A model generated the notes under the pieces. That model saw nothing but the letters and a program-made list of their open reading frames with translations, was not told the DNA's origin and made no database searches. Below, piece by piece: positions 12,480 to 24,600 of a stretch of 64,000 nucleotides of DNA. Source of the DNA: Lingula anatina (lineage: Eukaryota; Animalia; Brachiopoda). The position numbers and the translations under genes were made by a program. How positions within the stretch are numbered: position 1 is the first letter of the stretch; each line of letters begins with the position of its first letter. The stretch covers positions 51,438,788-51,502,787 of the forward strand of contig CM120640.1 of assembly GCA_051362555.1 (NCBI GenBank), read 5' to 3'.

Positions 12480-13347
12480 TACTTGATAAAAAAGAAAAAG
12501 TTTTATATTTACATGTATGGTTTAAATATGCTTATGCAAACAAAAGTCTTGCATAAATGATATTATGTTATTCAGTAACATGTGTACAGTCCTGGCTGCA
12601 ATACAGGCTAGAACCCTCCTCATGGACCGTACGAGACTTCGAGTGCATACCTGGGGCATCTAATCCTCCATTCTTCCACCCGTGCAGCTCTAAACTCTGA
12701 CGGCGGTAGGCTGTGGCCAGCGATTGTGATGTGGTCTGTCCAGTTCATCCAAAGTATGCTCAATGGAAGACATGACTGGTCTAAAAAATGGTCACAGAAG
12801 CGTATGGATCTGCTCCTGCTGCAGGTACGCCTGTGATATCCTGGCAGTATTAGGCAGTATTGTCTTGCTATAAGAAGCGTGGGGTTGGGTGTTGATGTAT
12901 GAATGACTCAACAGCTGTCCTTAAGACTTCACCTCTGTTCTGCTGGTCAATCAGATTTCCACCAATCACTGCAATCACCATGAATTTTGTCTGGATGTTG
13001 TCCGGAAACCGCCCAAACCCTAATACTGTTCCAATGTCAATGGGCAATGGCACGACCCATGTCCAGTTCAGACAGCCGTGGCATGGTGTCAACATTCGGT
13101 TTTCTAAACTTGGTTTTCTGATTATGTTGTCTACTAGCATTGGTTGTGGACAATTGATTTTTGCAAGGTTTTTGTTCCAATTTGTGGTCAGATGATATGT
13201 CTGGAAATCTGAAGGTAGTCATCGTCTGGAATTACTCAAGCGTACCAGGACTCGACTGCAGGAATGATGTGTTCCGTCTCTGAATTAAATTCATATGGAA
13301 GAATTGTGGTCAAAACCAAAAGTTGCATTTCTTATTTATACCAGTAT
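12480..13347 (-). mobile_element. Degraded Tc1/mariner transposon remnant
   Basis: The minus strand near 12735-12780 reads approximately PVMSSIEHTLDELDR, resembling the Tc1 SPDLNPIEHLWDEL motif. Weak TIR-like ends at ~12480 and ~13320-13347. Confidence 0.5.
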
Positions 13348-13370
13348 GATTGTCATTTGAGGTGAAGTAC

Positions 13371-13411
<41 letters not shown>

Positions 13412-15338
13412 AGTCTTTTTCGTAACTGTAACTGTCAAAGCAAGATGGTAGGCATTTAAGAATTCCTTTTGTCTACGTTAATACGTTTCAGAAAAAAGGC
13501 TTGTCGTGTATTATAAGTGAATTAACTGTAGCTTTAAATATCGTCACCTGGTTGATTTTTATGACAGGCAATTCCCATTTTTATCTGCATTACAAGCAAC
13601 CAGGGTTATAGGTCGTAGAATCAACTTTTTTTCCCTTATCCTTTAAGGTTAAAATTTTCTATTTTGGAAACCAAAAACTTACGTATAATGTTAACGTTTA
13701 GCTAGCTAGAAGGCTTACAAGTTGCTTACACGTAATGTACATTAATTTGCATTTTACAGATTGCATTAATGTTAATTTAATGTACCTGTAACTGCCAGAA
13801 ACAGAAAACATGTAATTAAAATTTGATATTATTTACTAGTCTTGGCACAAAGTAAACTGTACACCTGGTGCAAATAACACCTTAATACAACATGATATAT
13901 AAATGACTAGATTGCAATTCAAATACGATAACCAATACACATTTGAACATTGAATAATGATGAAAATGCAACTGGCATTGGACCAAGAGGGCAAAACTGT
14001 CCTTCAGAAGAGCAAACGATCACTTCATGAATGGCCCCTTCTAAAACCTCACTGACATGGACCGCAACTGATTTTTTTAATGCACCACTCTTCTGATGAT
14101 CAGACATGCAAAGTACGTGAACAGTGAAAAAAACAATATCCTTGTTAAAACAAGAACAAAACACTACTATATACTGGTTAGAATTAGAGTGAAAAAACTT
14201 TCACCATGCTCATGGATCAATATAACTTAAATAAAAATGTATATAAACACAGAGCTAAATATTATCTCAAAGACCAAGTTAAAAGACAACAAAAGTTTAC
14301 AGAACACATAGTAGATTGCAATTTAACTCGATTATTATGCGGCTTTTACAATAACTTCAATAAGGTGAAGCATAACAAAAAAGAAAGATGAAAGTACTAT
14401 CTAAAGATGTAAACAATAACTATAAAATTATAATACATTATAATCTTTGGAATGAAACTTACATCTGGCTAATAATTACTGAAAATGGCATGCATTATTT
14501 CACATAGTGATAATCATGGACTTAATAATCCTTAACCTTTTTAAGTAAGGTAAAAAGTAAAATAATTCAAATACCTGTAGATACATTATGCAAATAAAGA
14601 TGTTCTGAGTATCACCTGCCTCCCAAATTATTCAAATGTCAAAGTAAATACCCAAAATGGATGTAAAAGTAATTATCTTAAAATATAAATGTGAACATAC
14701 ACAAAATGACTTTAAAAATTGTCTGAACCTTCCAAATCAATAACTGATCATTAGGTGAATGCATCTATTTTACAACTCATGGCAAATAACCATACTTGTA
14801 CAACATGCATCTACTGATACTTCATTTCATCTATGATCTTCTGTGCACTGTAGGAAGAAATTTCAAACACAAGATTTAATCAACAATATTGTAACAGCAA
14901 CTGTCAGGTAATGCTGAACTAAAGCACCACCTTTCCAAACACAGGCTATTCATAAGTCTGCTACAATAAAATAAATTAGACATCTTTTAAAACACTTTAA
15001 GGATAGCCAGTAGAATGTACACAGGGCTAATTACAGCCTGATCAACATGAAGTTTCTGCCCATGGTCTGTACTTTATAACATACCAGCCTGTGTCTATTA
15101 TCACTACATATAATAGACTGGTGACCTATTTCAAAACCAAAATAGTCCATCAGTTCACTGAGCACATGATTTAATCAGATCTGAATGACCATTCAGAAAT
15201 CTTGAATATAATATTTCACACAATAAAAACTAATGACACAATGTTTCAACTGCAGCAAATCTTCTAAAGTATTGCTGGTGTTGGTTGCGTCCAAAGTGAT
15301 CACATAACTGCTAAAAACATTTCAAAGTTCAGCAGACA

Positions 15339-18300
15339 TCAAGCCCAAATCTGAAAGAAAAATAAGTAAGTGTACAAGATTGAAGCAAAGGTGGTGGCTA
15401 TCAGGTTTGAAAGAATTGGTAATTTATAATTGATAACATGTGCCCATACAGCACCACATTTGTAGTGGTTAAGATTATGTCTCCATGTATGTTTACAAAG
15501 AATCAAAAGATTGAAATTTCAATGACCAGGGTATTTTTTTCAAATACTCAATCTTCTGACGATAAAATTCATTTGTATGGATAATGTTGAATCTTCCAAC
15601 CCACAGGTGTTTGCTATCCTTAAAATGACGAATTATCCATGAAATAATAACAAAAAACTACACAAACCCTTAGAGTGAAATCCCAGCTCCCTGTGCAAAG
15701 AGCAGTGCCATCAGGAGAAACCCCAAGACAGCTCACCCTGTTCTCATGGCCATAGAGTACAGAGAGCCTTAGGGCTTTCAAACTGTCCCATACATTTACT
15801 GTGTAATCATTGGAACCACCGAACAGCAGCCGACCTACAAAGTATATAAGTGAGTTTTGGTAAATCTTTTCATATGTACAAGACAATGCAATAATGCACA
15901 AATTAAAAAGTCCCTTCACTAAGATAATTTCATTTAATCAAAATAGATGATAATGTTGCAATTTTTATTTTCAGAAAAAAGAAATTCTATAAGAATGCCA
16001 CAGGTAACAGGATGATACTGCTGTACAAATTATATTAGGCTAAATTAAGATGCTTAACTGTCACCTTTTCTGAACTTTTACTTACCACTGACAGAAAAAT
16101 CAACTGAGTTCCAACCAAAAATTATGCTTTCTTTCCTATATACATTTACTTCTCTATCAGCTCTCAAGTCAAAGAGACGGCACTGAAAAGGAAATAATAT
16201 GTTATGAAATGGACACACAAACATAAATGACACATAAAACTGTGCCTATCAGTCTTGGAATAGTCTGAAAATAGTATAATTTTCGCACTGAAAGTTTCTC
16301 TTGTGAATTGAAATACTGATTGTAATACAAAGACTGCACCTTGTTTCAACTTTGTCCATCAGTCTTCTAAAATCACTGAAAATGGTATAGCTCTTGGACT
16401 GCAAGTTTCTTTTGTACATTGAAACACTATATAAATAATACAAAGACTGCACTTTGTTTCAAATCCCATTGTGCATGCAACTACACTTGCACAAGGGAGT
16501 GAGAGTGATGATTATGCAATGTGCGTACAGTGCTACCTGATTAATGGGACTTTAACAAGCTGGAAAGATGGATAAATAGGTCATTTTCTGATCAAAAAGT
16601 TGAAGAAGGTGCAGTTTTCAAGCTTTTTTTTTTGACAGAAGGACGGATTAATTTGGTTTATGACTTGGCATGTTGACTTCACTTTAATCGTACAAGAAAC
16701 TAGTAGAAGTGGTTTATATGCATTACTGGAAATCTAGCTCCCTTTACATGTAACTTCTCTCTTGCTTTGCTGAAATTAGAACAAATTCAGCCACTGGCAA
16801 CATTTGTATAAGCTAAAATGAGTGTTACTGATAGAGAACCACAATGTTCTACATACTGTTGCATCATCTGAGCCTGTAGCAAAGGCATCTCCACTAGGAT
16901 GGAAGCGAACACTGTTGATGTCTGACTCATGGCCTTCAAATTGCTGCACACAATCTCCAGTTCTCATGTCCCATACATTGGCTAGCTTGTCACAGCCCTG
17001 AAATGTACACATTTACTTTGAAACCTGCCAATACATAAGTATGATGTGAAGACACATTAATTGTGCAATGTGCATGTACTTCTGATCACACAAGTAGCAT
17101 CGAGAAGAAGTAAACCTGATACAAAAGCAGGCTGCATTAAAAATTGATATGACTAATGTGAGAAGAGTAATCAATTAAGGGTGGGCATTTCAATAACAAG
17201 AACAAGATCTTATAAAGCTCAGTAGATTGGAATATTGTTAACATAGATATCTAAGAACATATTAATTAATATATATGTTAAAACCATGGCATTTGCACAC
17301 AACAGGTGTACCTCTTCTTGTCATCAATAAATATTGAGCAACATCAAACAGATACAATGTATATTCTGTACATGTATAAGTATAAATCAAAATATTTTAA
17401 ATCAAAAAGTTCTATTTATTTACTTGTTCTTAAGGAATTTTATGTTATTACTATGAATCTTTACCCCAGATACAAAGGTTGTCCCTGATTCTGATGGAGA
17501 TATGTCAACTGACATTACATCTCCCATATGACCATGAAAACTCTGGATCATCTGACCACTCTCTACATCCCACAATGCACAGGTGCTGTCACCACTTCCT
17601 GTTAAAATCTGTGTAAATTAAAATTTCAGTTATTTGTATTTTATGATCAAATTCATGTTATTCTCTATGCAACAAAAATATAACTACTAACAATTAAATG
17701 AAGGATCCAACATTATAATACTCATTCCTGTTTCAAGTATTTATGATTTGTGCCTGACATTATGTAAAGCAACTTAACCTGTCAGGCTATAGTGATCCCA
17801 GGTGTAACGTAATATCATATAATCCAGAGGTGAATGATGGAATCAATATGTACAAAATAACTGTGACATTCAACAACAGTCAATATATACTATGTATACA
17901 AAGTATAACAATTAAGGTCCAAATGTAGCTGACACTCGCACTAAAATCAAGATCAAAAGTTTCTAGCACCAAGTCTTTAGACTCAGCCAAAGTAATGACC
18001 CTGTGTTTTTACCTGGTGATCAGAATTAGTAAAAGTACAACAGGACAGGTAGCTGGTGTGGGTGGCAATGGCTCTCTTCTTAGCTGTAGGATCATCTTCC
18101 AGTGTCAGAGGATAGATAGTGCACTTGTTGTCTAGACCTCTGGCAGAAAAAAAGAGGAGCACCACTTTCATTTACGAAAAAAATATTTCTTTTTTTTTCT
18201 TTCTTTCAAATCAAACTGGCATCACAATGTTTAAATGTAAGAATATAGATGTACATATATACCAGAAGCATATGACCCAATTCTTAATTATAGTAAAACC

Positions 18301-21300
18301 CTGCTAAAATTCTTATCAAACTAAAAAGCCACTAATAGTGATATTTTATATTCATCTTCATAATTTCACATACCCACAAGCTACAAGCGTTCCTGATGGT
18401 CCATATGCACAAGCCATCACCCAAGTTGTAGGCATGGTCATGGCATGTTCCTGGAAATATAACAACATTTGATTAATGAGCAAACAATTTAAGTCCCAAA
18501 ATCTTATTTAGATGGATTCAACACTGATTTCTCTACAACAGTAATACCTTTCCATTACTAGTACATGAGTTCACCTGGTCAGGAAACAAAATCTGTCCAA
18601 ACACTAGCAGAAAACCCACTTCAAGAATATCCCTGTAATTTTGTGCTGTATTTTATTTTTATTTGAGGTGGTATTTTATATCACATTTTTCTAAGCTGAG
18701 TATGAGTACACTAGGTCCTAGGTATGGGAAAGGCCATTCCAAGTTGGATATTACTGAGAAAACCTTGTTCAATCTTGTTGGTATGCACATGAATCAGGTG
18801 ATCAATAATAATCAAGGGAAGCTACTAATGACCATTTGGGGGCCAAACTGTTCATTACAAGGCATATTATGGACTGACATTGATTAAATCAAGCATAACA
18901 TCAATTCATGCAAACATTTCAAACTAGATTGCAAAAGGAGTGCTGTAATTATATGTTTGCTTCCTAAAAATAGGCAAAACTGAAAAATGTATCGACCAAG
19001 GAGTGTAATAAATGTTCATAAGAAAAAGAAAATTAATTATAATTAATGGCAGTTATTCATGTCAAACCATGTACAATTTTTTTACAATTAAAATTCCATT
19101 TCGAAAAGATGTTTTACATATTGGGCATACCTGCATAAACACATGTAAACTATGGGATTATTTTCTGTTGCTCCTTTCATTTGCAAATAAGAAACAAAGA
19201 ATAGATAAAATTAAAAAGCTGCAGTAAATTTGTAAATACCTTGTTTGTGGTAAAAGCATCCCAGACCAGCATTCTTCCATCCTACATGCAATATATATAA
19301 AAATAAATTCAGTTAAATTTTATTTATAAATACCATGATTGTAATAAAGAAATTAATTACATCATAATAAAAGTAGTAAATTTTATTATATGAGGTAAAC
19401 AGCTGATAATGAACTATGTGCCATATGGCATTTAACAAACAAATGCATTACTATAGCAATTAATGACAATTTGTTTTACAGGTTACTTTCACAGGCCTAC
19501 CCAACTAGCAGACTCGGCACCGAATGATCCTGAATTCACCGGTAGATCAGATCATACCCTGAACAAATTTTGAGTGGTAATGCAATGCTTTTCAACCCCG
19601 CTGAGAATCGTCACTATCACACCGTGTACTAGGCAAGAGCGGTGTCGCATCTGATACTGTGTAATGCAATCTGACACACACCTTGAAAACGGGTAGTGTT
19701 GTTCGATCTACTGGTGAATTCAGGATCATTCGGTGCCGAGTCTGGTAGTTGGGTAGGCCTGTTTCATCCCCAGTCAAAACAAGGGGTGTCTAAACCATAA
19801 TTTACACAACTGCAATGTATGTATTATCATAAAAGAACCAATTATTACAAACTGCAGTTGTCTTATCTAACTTAACAGTCAGTTATGTATGCAACATCAT
19901 ATTTTGTAAGAAATATGTTTACTGTACCTGTGATGAACTAACAATATGTCTTTTATCCTGAGACCAATCCATGCACAATACTTTGCCTTGGTGCCCTTTC
20001 AGGACTCGGCGTGGCTTCATAGTGAACCCTTGGATGTTATTTAGACGTTGGGCTACTACTTGTACTGTAAGAAAAACAGATAATATTTGGAAAGTTCAGA
20101 ACATTGGACCTATTAAAGAAAATGCTTTAAAAATTAAAAGTCTTTATTTAAATAGACATTCAAATGAAGAAACTTTTAGAATAAAAATATGTTGGAATAG
20201 CAAAATGACCCCAGCCTGTGGGTTAATTGGAGGCTGCTGGATCACATCTCTCTGTATTGAGTAAGGGAGCATTCTCATAAACCCATTGTACTACCTGGAT
20301 CAATCTAACTCTGCGGGGATTCTCACTAAATTGCATTTAGTGAAAGTGGCTAAAATGTCTAAGGTGCCTACTCAAGCTGCTAGTAGATAACAATAGTCAA
20401 TAACCCCTAGTTACTCATGGGAGCATGCCAGACAATTAAGCTGATTACACTGAAAGCACTTTAACGAGAAGTCATGACAGAGTTTGCTTTATCCAGCTAG
20501 TATGATGAGTTTATGGGAACACAGTCTAAGTCCATACAAAGATGCTTGCATGACGTTGTGTAATTTAGCTGGTAAATGGAGTCACAGTAAAACACTTACA
20601 CAAAATAATCAATACACAATCAAAAACTACATTTAATATCATGCAGCATCATGAGGTACTAAAAGCATTGAATTTTATACGCATTTTTCATTGGTGATTA
20701 ATTCAATAAAGTCATCAGTTCTTTTTTTTCTATCATCATCCACAAACTGTCTTACTTCAGACTTGTCTAACTTCAGAGATTAATCTATATCTAAAAATTG
20801 TTTGTTTCAGATGTTGCATGACCATCACATTTTCCATAACCACGGGTCAGCAAAAGCCAAATTTTCCTCCACGGGTATCCTCAAAATCTAGATGAACTAT
20901 ACCCCCCCCCCCCCCCCCCCCCCCCATCAACACGCACACAATTTCAAGATACGAGTATGTCACTGCAAATGTTGTGTCCATTTGAAAACTTTGCATTAGT
21001 ACTAATGCTTCATGGTAAATTGCCTTGTTCAGATAACACTTTTACACTCTGTTGTGATTTCGTAATGTTTATACTGTGCCTAGATTTCGACTTTTTATTG
21101 TAATTTGAAGCCATTTCATTTTTATGTCACTGTGAGAGCTTAGGTCGTAAAATATGACCTGTCTTTTTACTGATACTTATACATCAATATAGTCTGCACT
21201 TACATTCAACATCTCCAAGTTTTGCTTTTTCCTCTTCGAGTTTTGCTTTTAACGTTTCTGCTTCCCGAGTAAGTGCTTCAATTGACTCTTGCTGGCAATC

Positions 21301-21321
21301 GACCTTCAGATCTGAAGCCAT
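15339..21321 (-). CDS. GNB5: Guanine nucleotide-binding protein subunit beta-5 (WD40), 353 aa, 10 coding exons
   Basis: Exons 21321-21204 ([32 protein letters not shown]), 20064-19928 ([28 protein letters not shown]), 19281-19240 ([14 protein letters not shown]), 18450-18374 ([20 protein letters not shown]), 18139-18013, 17608-17465, 16997-16857, 16182-16086, 15834-15668 ([26 protein letters not shown]), 15350-15339 (IWA*). Total 1062 nt; motifs are Gbeta5-specific. Confidence 0.97.
16247..16462. repeat. Diverged tandem duplication, ~110-bp unit x2, in a GNB5 intron
   Basis: CAGTCTT...CTGAAAAT...AATACAAAGACTGCAC(C/T)TTGTTTCAA occurs twice. Confidence 0.75.
19492..19761. mobile_element. MITE with ~57-bp TIRs and 5-bp TSD (TTTCA), in GNB5 intron 2
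   Basis: CAGGCCTACCCAACTAGCAGACTCGGCACCGAATGATCCTGAATTCACC pairs with its near-exact reverse complement ending at 19761. TTTCA at 19487-19491 and 19762-19766. Confidence 0.88.
20902..20925. repeat. Poly-C/poly-G homopolymer
   Basis: Run of ~24 C; a similar ~28-C run lies at 45905-45932. Confidence 0.9.
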
Positions 21322-21677
21322 GTTGCTCGCAAATGTCAACATTGTGACCCGTAAGGAGGAACAATATTTAGTTCAATTAAGAGGTATTTATCCAAGAGTT
21401 CATGACATCTTAGATAATTCATCACATGAAAAAAGGTGTCATTAATGCGATGAAAAGGTTATGTACTTTTCGTGTGCATAAAGACATCAGTAATTCATTG
21501 TAATACGAGCTCAAATTCTATTTTACTTTCAAAGCTATATATACGTCACTCCCCACGAGCATGCGCCAATCATATGATACGCCATTTTCTTGTGAAATTT
21601 TCAGCTCATCAGTAGGTTCGTCATATAATACGGTGTTTTAGCTACAGAACAACTGGTCTAGAGCTACACCAATCATT
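21322..21677. promoter_or_regulatory. Bidirectional promoter region shared by GNB5 and basigin
   Basis: Divergent ATGs are 356 bp apart. Clustered motifs: ACGTCA (CRE half-site, 21543), GCATGCGC (NRF1-like, 21559), CCAAT (21566) and CGCCATTTT (YY1-like, 21580). Confidence 0.75.
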
Positions 21678-24600
21678 ATGCCAAATCTTTACATTGCGAC
21701 GGTGCTTTTAGCTGTTTTAGTGGCTGTTCCTGTTCAAAGTAAGTAAAATTGAACACCTCAAAATAAATGAAACGCAAGGAAGAGGTTCCAAAGTTATTGT
21801 GTGGTTGTGGTCAAATAAGGTTAGGGTTTCGTGCGTGTCAAGGCCCTGTTGCAATTTTATCATTCAGTAAGTTTAAGATGAAAAATGTTATAATACGGTT
21901 TGTAAATCGAATCCCTTGTTACCGTCGATGCTTGCTGGTCATGTAGAAAAATGACTAACGGGTGTTGGAAGCATGGAAGTTGAATTTTAAGAATGAAGCC
22001 TTTGAAGTTGAAGGTCATACAATATATTGATGTTTATGATGTTGATGCTAGTCTCATTTGATAAATTATTTTCCACTTGTCAACTGCCTGTTAATGGACA
22101 AGTTTGGGATTGAGTTGGAATGATCTCGGCTTATTGGGTTTGTAAATTCAATGACCTGACAATGGTATGGTACTCCTAGTTCCTTCTTCATATGGATACG
22201 TCCCTTGCAATGTAATAATCCACATTGTTTACTTAAAAATGAATATATAATAAGATATTGTTATTGTATTACAAAGTAGTAATTTGTTTTCACATTACCC
22301 CTTGCTTGAACTATTTGAAAAATTGTCACAGCTAATTAAATGATCCTAATAATTGTAAAAATATTGCATTTTTTTTCCTCTAAATTGTTAACATGCATAT
22401 TTAATGACAGGGTTTGTTCCACACTTCTGTAATTCCAGTATTCCACTATAGTTCAGAATTAGTGTCTCATCAGGTGACGTTTGGCACGAAGCAATATATT
22501 TGAACTATTTCAATCTTGTTTAAATTTTGAAAACAAAGTTTTCTGGGCCCTTGAAACATGAATGAATATGAACCTGATATGTTACAATTAGAACAATGCT
22601 CTTGCTTCCATTTACTTAAAAATGACTAAAGCAAAAACACTTTGGTAGATATTTTTCTCCATTCTAAATATCAGAGTTTTTCCTCTTGGAAATCAAAGCA
22701 CTTGCAAGTGTAGTGTTTGAAACGTGAATTATGTTATCGGTCATTCCATGCATTTGTTTCATTTAAATCTTTCCATTCCTAGCAATACAGTTCAAGAGAG
22801 TTTAAAATGGTAACAAATGTATATTTTGTGTTTTTTATGAAATCAGAGGTATTAAAGGGTATATGCTAATTGGAGAGTAAAATACTGTAGACTAGTCCAT
22901 CTAAGACCGCATTCACAACGAGTTGAGCCATGGCTCTACAAAGTCACGAACTTAATATGGCGGACATACATGAAAGAAAAGCCGCCTAATCTTTTAATAG
23001 TCTCTCCGCCTCTCAGGCCTCCCCATGCGTCATCCCTGTGGCTCCATTGGGATGACACATGGGGAGGCGTGTGAGAGGCGGAGAGACTATTAAAAGATTA
23101 GGCGGTTTTCCTTTCATGTATATCTGCCATATTTAGTTCGTGACTTTGTAGAGCCATGGCTCAACTTGTTGTGAATGCGGTCTAAGAGTGTTAAAACTGT
23201 GCTTATGGTGAAAGAATTAGGAGTAAGTATTTCAATAAATTCATATGTTCTTTTTTTTTGTTCCCTTGAAAGAGCTTCCCATGTGGTTCATTTCTTTGTT
23301 CCCTTCTTGGTTCATTTAAGATCCCTATCACAAATGGCCCCATTTTTAGTGGTAATTGTTCAGAACAAGGATATGGTGACAAAAATAAACTGACATAAGT
23401 AGAGAAACAAGGCAGGTGGTGCAGTGCAACCCCACCATGATATCAGAGAAACTGTTTTCTTGTCTCTTAATTGATAGCATTAATTCGGCTTTCTGAGAAC
23501 ATTTTGCATAGTATAAGGTTTCACTCTACAGGTAGCTCTGATGGAGGAGCATTGGATTTAGGTGAGAGCTATATATATATATCCTCAACCATGCTGTGTA
23601 TGAACTGCAATACCTGCAGTCTTAACCCCCTCTGCTATGTTTGAAGATTTGTATAATCTTAAAGAGAAAAAATAGCTTTGTGAATAACCTTTGAGAAAAT
23701 GAGATGATGTCATGCTGACATATTTACCGTTTTGTTTTTTGTTTTTTGTCTAAAATGTTATTGCCTTTGCCCTATTTGTGAACTGTTTAATGCATGTTTT
23801 TGTAAATCAATATTGCAATAAATAAAATATATTTACAAGCTTATTGATTTATTATTCAAACACTTGTTTGTATTACATGCCATAAAAAATTCTTCAAGAA
23901 AAATATGTGAAAAAGCTTTGTTTTTTGCTATGACTAAAAGCAGCTTGCTGGCACATGTGCCTCAATGGGCATTGTGCGTCATGTGCTCTTTAATAATAAT
24001 CTTTTGTGCCAAGGAAGAGGTGAACTAGTTTGAACTGGACAAAACCAAGTGTGCCTTCTATTTATAGTGTCTGATAGCTTGAATATGCTGCATGAATAAC
24101 CTACACAGAAAGAAAGAGATTGGAGAGACTGCACCATGTGAATTCTAAATAGAGTGGGTAATGCTATTTTTTTGACAAGCACATTTTCTACCCATCCATA
24201 CATCTCCCCCTTCAAATCAATAATGTAACTATTATCCTTGTGGATGGGCAGGTGTTTCCAATTGGTGTGATAATGAAGTTTATGCCAATGTGTTTACTGA
24301 TCTATATGCTGAAATTTCTATTGATTCTTGATAAAGACTTGGAAGATGTGAGCAGATTACATAACACCTTTTAACCTTCACCAAGGGCAGTTCATGGAGC
24401 ATGCATCCCATTTGTCATGATATAAGTATGCTGGGTAAACATGGGTACAGACTGATCAGTTGAGATACAGCCAGCATATCTGAGACTAGCTAAGGCAATG
24501 AGTGCATAAAGTGCTGATAAGCTTGGCTGCACATTCAAATCTGTATCAGTTTCACTTTAGAAATATGTTGTCTTAGAGTTGTGTTTAATTTCTCTCTAAT

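Noticed and set aside
21598-21616. Minus-strand CTGATGAGCTGAAA resembling a hammerhead ribozyme core
   Set aside because: Only ~3 nt lie between CUGAUGA and GAAA, so stem II cannot form, and no stem I/III pairing was found.
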